DNA of 64,000 bases from a virus, in IMG/VR virus record IMGVR_UViG_3300050119_000049, positions 1 to 64,000 of that record. One strand, written 5' to 3'. Of this stretch, positions 27,700 to 36,353 are shown in pieces. The notes under the pieces are model-generated. The model made no database searches, had not been told where the DNA came from, and saw only the letters and a list, made by a program, of their open reading frames with translations. Numbering within the stretch: the first letter of the stretch is position 1; each line of letters begins with the position of its first letter. A program made the position numbers and the translations under genes.

Positions 27700-30600
27700 A
27701 TGACGCAAACTTGGATATCGAGTTTTCATCGTGCTAGATCGACGGGTGTCTCATCTCCGTACATCACGACTTACTCGTTACCTCCGGCCAATGCCAATGC
27801 AGCCTACTCAGCCTCGCTCAGCGCCGCTGGTGGAGCTGGTGGATATGTTTTCAACCTGCTATCACAGACAGGAGTTAATTCATGGAGCATTGTCGGAAAT
27901 CAAATTGTCGGAACTCCAACGAATGTCGAGACCGATCAATTAACCATTCAGGCAGTAGATAGCTTGGGTACTCCCTCAGCTCCACAACTTTTATCGGTAA
28001 CGGTTAGTGCGGCTAATCCGCTGACCATTACGACTACTTCCCCGTTGCCCAACGCTACGGCGGGACGGCCTTACACGTATCCGATGGCGGCCATGGGCGG
28101 ACAGCCGCCGTACAGCTGGTCGGTGACGGCGGAGAGCGGTTCGAACGTCTGGGCGTTCTCCGGCGCGAGCCTTGTTGGCAGCCCGACTGCCGTGCAGACG
28201 AACTCGATCACCGTCAAGGTCACAGACAGTCTGTCCAACACCGCCTCCCAGGTGTTCGCCCTGACGGTGTCGGCGGCGGCTGCGGGTAATTACCTCGGCA
28301 CCAATTTGCTCACCGTCAACTACTACTCACCCGAGCAGCCGTTCTTGAACATCTGCAAGGGGGGCGTGGATCTCGGCGGTCCGGATACGCAGAAGAACGC
28401 GGACGGGTATCCGATCTCGATGGTTGGGTACAGCGGCACGGTCTATTCGCAGTTCACCAACATCCTGCTCAACAATGCGCTGAACCTGCCGCCCGGCGCG
28501 AGTTACTACTATCCTCCGGGGTCGTACACGCTCACCGCGACCGGCAACTGCACGATCGATGCGCGCTTCGATGCGAGCGCAGCGGTCAACCCCGTGACGC
28601 CGGGGTGCACGATCAGCGGCACCACGATGACCATTACCGATGGCGGCACGCACTCGATGCTGCTGAATATGACGCCCTCGATCAACGGCATCAAGCTCAC
28701 GCTGTCGGGCATCACGCCTGCGGCGCATATGACGCAGCTGAGCGTCGTACAAACGCAGTACGCGTCCAATTTGGCAGCGGGCCAGATCTTCCATCCGCTG
28801 TTCCTGAACATGCTCTCCGGGATGGGCTACCAGCGCATCCGCTTCATGGAGTGGGGCCACAAGTGGGACATCTTCGAGGGCATCACGTTCGCCGGGGACC
28901 TACCCGCCAACTCGACCAGCGGCTCGCTCAATGCCCAGTTGTTCCCGTCGGGCTGGGATCGACCGACGGGCACGTACCCAGCGTACTTCGTGTCCGGCGA
29001 TTACCTGACTATGTCGTGCACCTACGGCAGCCCGGTGGTGAACTTCTCCGGACCGACGACGGCGGATTGCCCGTGGGTGGTGTACTACTCGTTACAGGCG
29101 ATGTGCCCGTACCTCACCTCCTGGGCCGCGCGTCCGCAGGTGTCGAACTACAACTATGCGAAGTTCGCGGGCGTGCCGTACGAGATTCAAATCGCACTGT
29201 GCAACCAACTGACCGCAATCAACGGTTACCCGGTTGACCCCTGGATCAACACATCGCTTGTTCAGCAAAGCCCGCTGATGACGGATGGGACGACGTTCGA
29301 TACGCAGCTGGCAACCTTGTGCAAGAACACGGTCGGCCCCACACAGCGGGTGTACCTCGAAAACAGCAACGAGGTGTGGAACAATTCCAACAACACGTAC
29401 AACTATGCGAAGTTCGCGGGCAAGAAGATGTTCCCGACGCAGGGCAACGATGTCTACGCGGGGCAGGAGCTGTACGGCGTTCAAACCGCTGCGGTGGCGC
29501 AGATCTGGAAGAGCGTTTACGGCGCGTCCGCCTTCGCGAAGCAGGTCACCGTGTCGATGGGTGGACAGACGGCGAACGCAAGTTACGTTGTTCCGATCCT
29601 GAATTACGCGATGGCGGCTCCCGATTGGGTGGCGCAGGGCAACCCCGCCCCCTACACGCAGGGCATCAGCGCGATTCACTTCGCGCCTTACTTCGGCTCG
29701 ATCCCGTTGGCCAACACCAACATCACCGGCATCAGTCTCGCGGCCTCGGCTGTGGTCACGGTGTCGTCCGCCGCCAACTACATCGTTGGCAGCACGGTGT
29801 ACATCGGCAACGTCGGCGGCATGTCGCAGATCAACGGGTTGACGGGCACCGTCACCGCAATCTCCGGACTCGCGCTGACCGTCAACATCAACTCTTCCGG
29901 CTTCAGCCCCTACACAGGCGGCGGCACACTGACCAACACCTCGGACGTCACGACGCTGCTTGCGCAGCCGGACGGCGGGCTATCGATGATGTTCGCGTTC
30001 ATGTACGCGCAAAGCTACAACGGTTACAACAGCATCGCGATTCCGACTGGGGGTTGGATTGGCAACGCCACCACCACCATGGCGGGGATTGTTTCCTACC
30101 TGGCCGCGAACACCGCCAAATACCCCTGGGCCGCCAACGTCAGCATCGAGCTGTACGAGATGGGTTCCTCGTTCGAGGAGAACAACTCCCCGCTCACTGC
30201 TGCGCAGGCCACGGCACTCATTGCGCTGATTGCAGCGATGGGTCGCGACCCGCGCATGCAGTATTGCATGTTCGACCCAACCAGCAAGCTGTCGAGCAAC
30301 CCTGGATACCTGGCCGCGCTGAAGCCCCTGTGCCACGGCGGCAATTACCACTGGGACGTGTGCGCAACGGGCAAGTACGGCGAGTGGGGTATCTTCGAGT
30401 CAATCATGCAGCCGGTGCCTCCTGCGCCTACTGCTCCGCCGAAGGCATTGGGCATAGCGGCTTACATCGGTGCGACGGCCGCGACGTTCGATTATTACAT
30501 CTCGACGACGGGCAGCGACTTGAATGTCGGATCGCTCGCAAGTCCGTGGGCTATCACGGGACTCAATTCCAAGCGTTCGACCTACACCGGCAAGCGCGTC

Positions 30601-31899
30601 GGAATCATTGCGGGTACGTACAACGTCTACTCGCTCTGTCAGGCGGGTTCTTGGAATGCGCCAGCGCTTGGGGTGAACGGCGGCACTTCGAGTGCCTCCA
30701 CCTATGTGGCGTCGTGTAATTCCTCTGGAGTCTATACGCTCGGTGCCGCCACAATCACGGCTCTTAATCCATCGGGAGGCGCTTTTCCTACCGTCGAATG
30801 TCCGGTCATCGGGCAAGGAACGGGGTCAAGCCTCTCGAACTCCGGCTATTTGACGCTCGATGGTCTCAATATTACGGGTTCGTATCAGACCGGCGTCTGG
30901 TTCTACTTCGCCACCAATGGAAGCACCGTCGCGGGCCAAGGCGGAACCTCTGGTTGTGTCGTTCAGAATTGCCAGATCTACAACATCTCGGGCAACGATA
31001 ACGACAACGTGTCCGGGATTTACTTCCAACAGTGCACCGCGCCGCTCGTTCACAATTGCAAGATCTACGGTGTCCAGCCGCCAACTGCCGGCGAGAATGC
31101 GCAAGACGTCGCCGCGATCTATACGTATTACTGCGTGAATGCGGTCTACGAATACAATACGATTTATAACTGTAACCAAGCCTTTCGCGACAAATACACA
31201 CCAAACAGCGGCGCGACGATTCGGTACAACTACGTCGAGATCAATGGTTCGACGCCCATCGCGGCATTGGGAGACGGTGTAGGTGGACTTCCGGGTACGA
31301 CCTATACCCTGCATCACAATATCTTCAATGTGATCGGCGCGGGCGCATCCGGCTGGTACGGAGATTCTTGGAGTCTCGGCGCACAGAGCCCGAACTACAG
31401 TTACTACAACAACACGATGATCATCCCCTCCGGCGGGAGCGGCCCTCAGTTGGCGGCCGATGGAACCTCGGCGGGAAGCGCGACGGTCTACAACAACATC
31501 ACCTATGTGAGTTCCGGTGTTCCGCAATACGGCGGCTTGTTGAATGTCACGACAGGATCAGTGGCGCTGTGCGATTACAATTTGTGGGGCACGGTCGCCG
31601 CCACGAGCAGTAATGCGTTAGGCCAATCGGCGGTAGGAAACCCGGGGGCACCCTCTACCAAGACGCTGTCCGCATGGCAGACGGCGTTTAGCCTTGATGC
31701 GCATTCCCACGCGCTCAATCCGACGTTTGTAAACCCCACATCGCTCAATCCTGCGGGCTTCGCGCTAAGCCCCGGAACGGCAGGCTCAGCGAGCGGCTCA
31801 TCGCCGGGAAGCACAACCGGATTACCCAGCGGCGTCGCGTGTGACATGGGCGCATGGGGTGGCGCAAGCCCACCCGCTCAGATTGGGAGTAGTTTCTAA
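27700..31899 (+). CDS. Giant tailspike/fiber-like protein: two N-terminal Ig-like (He_PIG/cadherin-like) domains, a central domain and a C-terminal right-handed beta-helix (pectate-lyase-like, depolymerase-type)
   Basis: Repeated ...PNATAGRPYTYPMAAMGGQPPYSWSV... Ig-like units. The C-terminus carries beta-helix coil repeats rich in N/G/T (NCQIYNISGNDNDNVSGIYFQQC, NCKIYGV, YNTIYNCNQAF). GC about 70 percent. Confidence 0.75.
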   Translation: MTQTWISSFHRARSTGVSSPYITTYSLPPANANAAYSASLSAAGGAGGYVFNLLSQTGVNSWSIVGNQIVGTPTNVETDQLTIQAVDSLGTPSAPQLLSVTVSAANPLTITTTSPLPNATAGRPYTYPMAAMGGQPPYSWSVTAESGSNVWAFSGASLVGSPTAVQTNSITVKVTDSLSNTASQVFALTVSAAAAGNYLGTNLLTVNYYSPEQPFLNICKGGVDLGGPDTQKNADGYPISMVGYSGTVYSQFTNILLNNALNLPPGASYYYPPGSYTLTATGNCTIDARFDASAAVNPVTPGCTISGTTMTITDGGTHSMLLNMTPSINGIKLTLSGITPAAHMTQLSVVQTQYASNLAAGQIFHPLFLNMLSGMGYQRIRFMEWGHKWDIFEGITFAGDLPANSTSGSLNAQLFPSGWDRPTGTYPAYFVSGDYLTMSCTYGSPVVNFSGPTTADCPWVVYYSLQAMCPYLTSWAARPQVSNYNYAKFAGVPYEIQIALCNQLTAINGYPVDPWINTSLVQQSPLMTDGTTFDTQLATLCKNTVGPTQRVYLENSNEVWNNSNNTYNYAKFAGKKMFPTQGNDVYAGQELYGVQTAAVAQIWKSVYGASAFAKQVTVSMGGQTANASYVVPILNYAMAAPDWVAQGNPAPYTQGISAIHFAPYFGSIPLANTNITGISLAASAVVTVSSAANYIVGSTVYIGNVGGMSQINGLTGTVTAISGLALTVNINSSGFSPYTGGGTLTNTSDVTTLLAQPDGGLSMMFAFMYAQSYNGYNSIAIPTGGWIGNATTTMAGIVSYLAANTAKYPWAANVSIELYEMGSSFEENNSPLTAAQATALIALIAAMGRDPRMQYCMFDPTSKLSSNPGYLAALKPLCHGGNYHWDVCATGKYGEWGIFESIMQPVPPAPTAPPKALGIAAYIGATAATFDYYISTTGSDLNVGSLASPWAITGLNSKRSTYTGKRVGIIAGTYNVYSLCQAGSWNAPALGVNGGTSSASTYVASCNSSGVYTLGAATITALNPSGGAFPTVECPVIGQGTGSSLSNSGYLTLDGLNITGSYQTGVWFYFATNGSTVAGQGGTSGCVVQNCQIYNISGNDNDNVSGIYFQQCTAPLVHNCKIYGVQPPTAGENAQDVAAIYTYYCVNAVYEYNTIYNCNQAFRDKYTPNSGATIRYNYVEINGSTPIAALGDGVGGLPGTTYTLHHNIFNVIGAGASGWYGDSWSLGAQSPNYSYYNNTMIIPSGGSGPQLAADGTSAGSATVYNNITYVSSGVPQYGGLLNVTTGSVALCDYNLWGTVAATSSNALGQSAVGNPGAPSTKTLSAWQTAFSLDAHSHALNPTFVNPTSLNPAGFALSPGTAGSASGSSPGSTTGLPSGVACDMGAWGGASPPAQIGSSF

Positions 31900-32627
31900 T
31901 GGCGTTGCGCGGCGAAGCCTCTCATGTCAATCTCACGTCCGCTACGACTGTGGCAGTGACGGTGTCGGGCATTGGTATACAACTCAATGATTTGATTCTG
32001 TGGGGCGTCGTTGGGGGCGCCAGTGGAACAGATACCTTCACGCCGCCCTCGGGCTGGACTGTAGTTCCCGGCTTTACCAAGCAAAGCCTCAATGGCGGTG
32101 CGACCGCGATTCTCTACTACAAGTTCGCGACCTCGACTGAAGTCTCTGCATCCACCCTCACGATGACGGTGAATCAGAACGATTTTCATTGCGCAACCGT
32201 CGCGGCATTCTCCGGGCGCAATCTGTCAAGCCCATTCACGGCCGTCGCTCAAACGGCGGCGGTTAATTCGGCCGCGCCCCCGATTACGTTTGCAAGGTCG
32301 GGCGTTACATCGAGCGCTGGCGATGATGTAGCAGTATTTGATTTCGTAAATGCCTTGGGCGTTGTGAGTCAGGTGCTTACTTTCACGCCTCCGACCGGAT
32401 ACGCGGATAAGGATTCTCCGAATCCGAGCGCTCAATTTTCTCAAACGATTTGCTATTGCGATTCGATCAACGTATCTGCCGGTTCAACTGGCACACTAGC
32501 CGGTACGCTTAATAACAGCCAGGGTTCAAACGCCAATTATGGCTCTGTCGTTATTTCACTGGCATCTGGTGGTGGTGCAGCGCTTGGTCCTTCCGTGGTC
32601 ATGCTTGAATCGAGCGAGTATTTCTGA
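31899..32627 (+). CDS. Beta-sandwich protein, paralog 1, with C-terminal LESSEYF
   Basis: Similar by eye to the N-termini of the next two ORFs. Ends MLESSEYF. Confidence 0.5.
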   Translation: MALRGEASHVNLTSATTVAVTVSGIGIQLNDLILWGVVGGASGTDTFTPPSGWTVVPGFTKQSLNGGATAILYYKFATSTEVSASTLTMTVNQNDFHCATVAAFSGRNLSSPFTAVAQTAAVNSAAPPITFARSGVTSSAGDDVAVFDFVNALGVVSQVLTFTPPTGYADKDSPNPSAQFSQTICYCDSINVSAGSTGTLAGTLNNSQGSNANYGSVVISLASGGGAALGPSVVMLESSEYF

Positions 32628-33544
32628 TGACCTACGCCTTCAACAGCCAAGTCCAATCGTACGGCTCCGCTGCGAACCTCATCACTCTCCCCTCGATCAC
32701 TCCTGCTGCCAACGGTGACCTTCTAGCGTTCGTTCTCGCAGGCACTGCAGCGGGGCAGATTGGCGGGTGGAACGTGAGCGATAGCGCGAACAACGTGTAC
32801 ACGCCGACCGTGGTGTCGTTCAGTGGCACGATCATCGGGATCACGTTCGCCGCGCCTCCGAGCGGCATCAGCGCGCCATTGAACGCCCCATTCGCAGGCA
32901 CCACCGGCGCCTACATGATCCAGTTCAGCGACGGCGAACTGCGCGCGGCGACGTTGACGAATGGATCGACCGCTTGCAGCTGGCTCGCGACGGTGAGCAC
33001 GTTCAGCGGCCCCCTGCTGGGTACGCCGACGACGACCGGTATGGCCTACATCGGCGTCAGCTACTTGCTGATCGCGATGTACGCGCAAAACGTATCCGCC
33101 GTGCCGACAGTGATTTCGGTGACGCAATCCACCGGCACCAACCTGTACGGCGCCTACGCAGCAGATTATTCCGGCATCTCGGCACTCGGCGCGTACTTGG
33201 GCGGCAGCGGTTCTTACACGGCGGCGCGCCCGATCGGCCCCGACAACATCAACAGCGGCAACGTGTCCGGCGTGAATGTGCCGTCGATGGGGTTTGGCTT
33301 TTGTTGGAACGTCAGCGCGCAGGCCGTGCCAACCGCAGGCACCACTCCGACCGCTTACACCGGGCGCGGCGGCGTATGGGAGACCGGCTCCTCGATCGCG
33401 GAAGACGCGCTCATTGCCTCCAACGTGCCAGCGACGTTCGGCGTGGTCAGCGGCAACCAGTACGACACCTTCGCGACGGTCGGTATGGCGTTCGCCTTGT
33501 CCGTGCCGACGAGTTATTCGCTTGAGTCCAGTGAGTACTTCTGA
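32627..33544 (+). CDS. Beta-sandwich protein, paralog 2, with C-terminal LESSEYF
   Basis: Ends SLESSEYF. ATGA overlap with the previous gene. Confidence 0.5.
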   Translation: MTYAFNSQVQSYGSAANLITLPSITPAANGDLLAFVLAGTAAGQIGGWNVSDSANNVYTPTVVSFSGTIIGITFAAPPSGISAPLNAPFAGTTGAYMIQFSDGELRAATLTNGSTACSWLATVSTFSGPLLGTPTTTGMAYIGVSYLLIAMYAQNVSAVPTVISVTQSTGTNLYGAYAADYSGISALGAYLGGSGSYTAARPIGPDNINSGNVSGVNVPSMGFGFCWNVSAQAVPTAGTTPTAYTGRGGVWETGSSIAEDALIASNVPATFGVVSGNQYDTFATVGMAFALSVPTSYSLESSEYF

Positions 33545-33736
33545 TGTGGGATCAGGACGGCGAGGACAATTCCTGGGTTGACATCGTTGCGGACAGCGCT
33601 CCGGTACGCGCCCCTGCGAGAATTTGGGTGCCGCGCTCCCGCGTTCGTGTTCGCGGTAGATTGATCCATCGGCGCCGCGCGCCGGACCGTCAGTGGTTCG
33701 CGCCGATTCGCGCTAATGCGCCACCGGTGAACTGAG

Positions 33737-36019
33737 ATGTTAGTCCAGGCGATTGGCCGAAATTTAACCGCCGCAGGCACAACGCAAACCACGACAGCGA
33801 TTGCCACGACCTCTGGCAACAACCTGCTGTTCTTTGCGATCTACAACGCCGCCAGCGCAGGGGTGCCGACGCCTTCGGACAGCACGAGTTTGGTTTGGAG
33901 CCCGATTTCCAGTTCGCCTTTTTCGGGTTCGGCGACGGGATTGACGCTGGCCATCTGGCAAGCGCAGAACATCACCGGCAACGCCGTCAACACGTTCACA
34001 TTCGCAACGACCGGCAGCGACACGCCGACGATCTTCGTTGCGGAGTCCTCGGGTCGCGACAAGTTCACGCCGCTCGATTTGGGGGTGACGGCGAGTGATT
34101 CGACCGCGACCAGCGGCGCGCACACGACGGGCGTGATTAATGCGAACGGCGGCGATGACGTTATCGCCTTACTGGCGTCCAGCGTCCTGGCGCAATCGTT
34201 CTCCGCAGCGGGCGGCTGGGCAATCCCGCCGAACGGCACGATTACGTCGGGCACTGGGTACGACGCATTCATCCAGTACCAGAACAACGTCGCCCCCGGT
34301 GCGATCAGCAACGTTTACTCGGTTGTTGTCAGCGACAAGCTCGATGCGTTCATCGTCGCCCTGCGTCAACCGAAATTGGCGATCAGCGACGAGTGGCTGG
34401 ATTACTTCGACGAAGTGCCGGAAGTCTACGCGCTCAGCAACGGTTATTACCAGCTGGCGTTGTCCTCCTTTGCGTATGAGATTGATTTCGACTGGATCGA
34501 CGATTCGGGTGAGAATGATTCTCTCATCTTCACCGAAGATCAGAGCGGCCCGGTCATTGCGAATGCGGCGGTCAACGCCGCCAACCAATACTACGGCGAA
34601 GATGCGGAACTGTTCGACGAAGTCATTGACTTCATTCCGCTGCCCGTCACCTACCAGACCCAGGATCGCATCCCGGTCAGTGCGAACGAAGAGTCCTGGA
34701 GCTGGGCGAACGACGACGCCTACGAGTTCAGCGCGTGGACGCCCGGCAGCTACCAGCAGGCAGATTTGCCGAATCTGGCCGCCCTGCCGTTTTACAGCGA
34801 CACGGATTGGGATGAAGACCCGGACGACTTCTTTGCTGACGACTTCGGCAACGACGATGCCGACCTGCCGCAAAATGACACCTGGGATCACTTCCCGACG
34901 GACGACGACGATTACGTAGTCACCGACGATTTCCTGAACATCAACGCCAACACTGGGCTGTTGTTCCTCAATATCGAAGACGGCTGGGATCAAGAGCACT
35001 TCCAGACCGCCGACAGTGACGAGACCTGGACCGAGGACAATTACGAAAACGACGTAAACCTGCTCCTCAATCAGGAAGATCCGACCTGGTGGGACGAGGA
35101 GCCGGACCAGCTCGACGGCACGACGACCGACCTGGAGCCGGTGGGCTCGAACAACAACCCGGATCTCAGCGTCGAAGATCAGTGGGATCACTTCCCGACG
35201 GACGATGACGATTACCCGATCATTGACGACTACACGCTTGTCGATCTGGTCGCGAATCAGACGCTGACGATTGAAGATGCCTACGATTGGTTCCCTGCGG
35301 ACCCGGACGACGAGACGTACCAGGCCCTGGACACGGACTCGGTTGGCCCGACGCTGATCATTCCGATCTCGATGCCGCCGGAAGATCCTTGGGATCATAC
35401 GCAAGCTGAAGATGATTACGTCACGCCTGACGATTACGCGATTGTCGATGTCCCTCTGAATCTGAGCTTTCCGTCAGCCGATCCTTGGGACTGGACGCAA
35501 GACGATGATGATTATGTAGTCATTGATGATTACGTCTACGTCAACAACAAGCCGATCACGATCGAAGATCCATGGGACTGGACGCAAGATGCTGACGATG
35601 ATTCGATGCTTACGATCGACGCACCGATTGCACCAGCGCAAATGGCTGCGATCGATGATCCTTGGAATCACAGTCAGGAGATCGAAGACGACGAATGGAT
35701 TTATCGAGATTCTACGATCAGCATCATACCGCCGTCGCTTGTCGAGGATCCTTGGGATTGGACGCAAGATGATTCGGATAATGACATCTCATGGGCGCTG
35801 ACCGAATACTCGCTCGTCAACTTGGTAATTCCGTTCTCGCAGTTCACTGACGATTCATGGGATTGGGCATATGAGCCAGCGGAAGATCAAGATATCGACT
35901 GGGCGATCACTGACGGTCCGCTTGTGCCGAATCTGTATATCTACGATTGCAACTATGAAGTATTCATGCCTCATCGGACGTTCACAGTAATTTGGTTGCC
36001 GGATCATTTGGAGAGTTAA
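33737..36019 (+). CDS. Paralog 3: N-terminal beta-sandwich domain fused to long acidic tandem repeats (D/E-D-P-W-D-W-T-Q-D-D-D-D-Y)
   Basis: The N-terminal 200 aa resemble the two preceding ORFs. There are at least 8 repeats such as EDPWDWTQDDDDYVVIDDY, EDQWDHFPTDDDDY and DDSWDWAYE. A GC-rich to GC-average switch falls within the gene. Confidence 0.55.
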   Translation: MLVQAIGRNLTAAGTTQTTTAIATTSGNNLLFFAIYNAASAGVPTPSDSTSLVWSPISSSPFSGSATGLTLAIWQAQNITGNAVNTFTFATTGSDTPTIFVAESSGRDKFTPLDLGVTASDSTATSGAHTTGVINANGGDDVIALLASSVLAQSFSAAGGWAIPPNGTITSGTGYDAFIQYQNNVAPGAISNVYSVVVSDKLDAFIVALRQPKLAISDEWLDYFDEVPEVYALSNGYYQLALSSFAYEIDFDWIDDSGENDSLIFTEDQSGPVIANAAVNAANQYYGEDAELFDEVIDFIPLPVTYQTQDRIPVSANEESWSWANDDAYEFSAWTPGSYQQADLPNLAALPFYSDTDWDEDPDDFFADDFGNDDADLPQNDTWDHFPTDDDDYVVTDDFLNINANTGLLFLNIEDGWDQEHFQTADSDETWTEDNYENDVNLLLNQEDPTWWDEEPDQLDGTTTDLEPVGSNNNPDLSVEDQWDHFPTDDDDYPIIDDYTLVDLVANQTLTIEDAYDWFPADPDDETYQALDTDSVGPTLIIPISMPPEDPWDHTQAEDDYVTPDDYAIVDVPLNLSFPSADPWDWTQDDDDYVVIDDYVYVNNKPITIEDPWDWTQDADDDSMLTIDAPIAPAQMAAIDDPWNHSQEIEDDEWIYRDSTISIIPPSLVEDPWDWTQDDSDNDISWALTEYSLVNLVIPFSQFTDDSWDWAYEPAEDQDIDWAITDGPLVPNLYIYDCNYEVFMPHRTFTVIWLPDHLES

Positions 36020-36020
36020 G

Positions 36021-36353
36021 TTGCAACGATTCAATGAAAAAAATCCATTGGAGTCGGTTGTTCTGACCTTCAATTTCGTGTTGTTCTTACCTCCCGGCGT
36101 GCTGCTCACGGGCACGCCGGTTGTCACAATCACCGATCCTTACGGCAACGACACTGATCCGGCAGCCATAGCCAACGGTCCACCAGCGATCGATGAAAGT
36201 CAAACACTGGTACTGATGCCTGTGACCGGCGGTTTAGATATGAATGACTACATCGTCGTTGCTCAGTGTCCGACAACTAGCTTGAGTTGGACGCCAGCGT
36301 TGCCCGCGATTTTGCCGATACGATCATTCCCCTCACGAGTTGGAGCGCCGTAA
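36021..36353 (+). CDS. Hypothetical protein
   Basis: ORF. TAATG overlap with the next gene. Confidence 0.4.
   Translation: MQRFNEKNPLESVVLTFNFVLFLPPGVLLTGTPVVTITDPYGNDTDPAAIANGPPAIDESQTLVLMPVTGGLDMNDYIVVAQCPTTSLSWTPALPAILPIRSFPSRVGAP

Noticed and set aside
28327-30719. Long ORFs on both strands inside the 1399-aa gene (e.g. 28327-28860 minus, 28605-29237 plus, 29319-30719 plus 466 aa, 29980-30351 minus)
   Set aside because: They lie entirely within the recognisable Ig/beta-helix gene in a region of about 70 percent GC, where stop codons are rare. Their translations are Arg/Ala/Gly-rich and featureless. They were treated as GC artefacts.
34169-35404. 411-aa minus-strand ORF antisense to the acidic-repeat gene
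   Set aside because: Antisense to the 760-aa ORF with its clear repeat structure. The product is Arg/Val-rich low complexity. Spurious.
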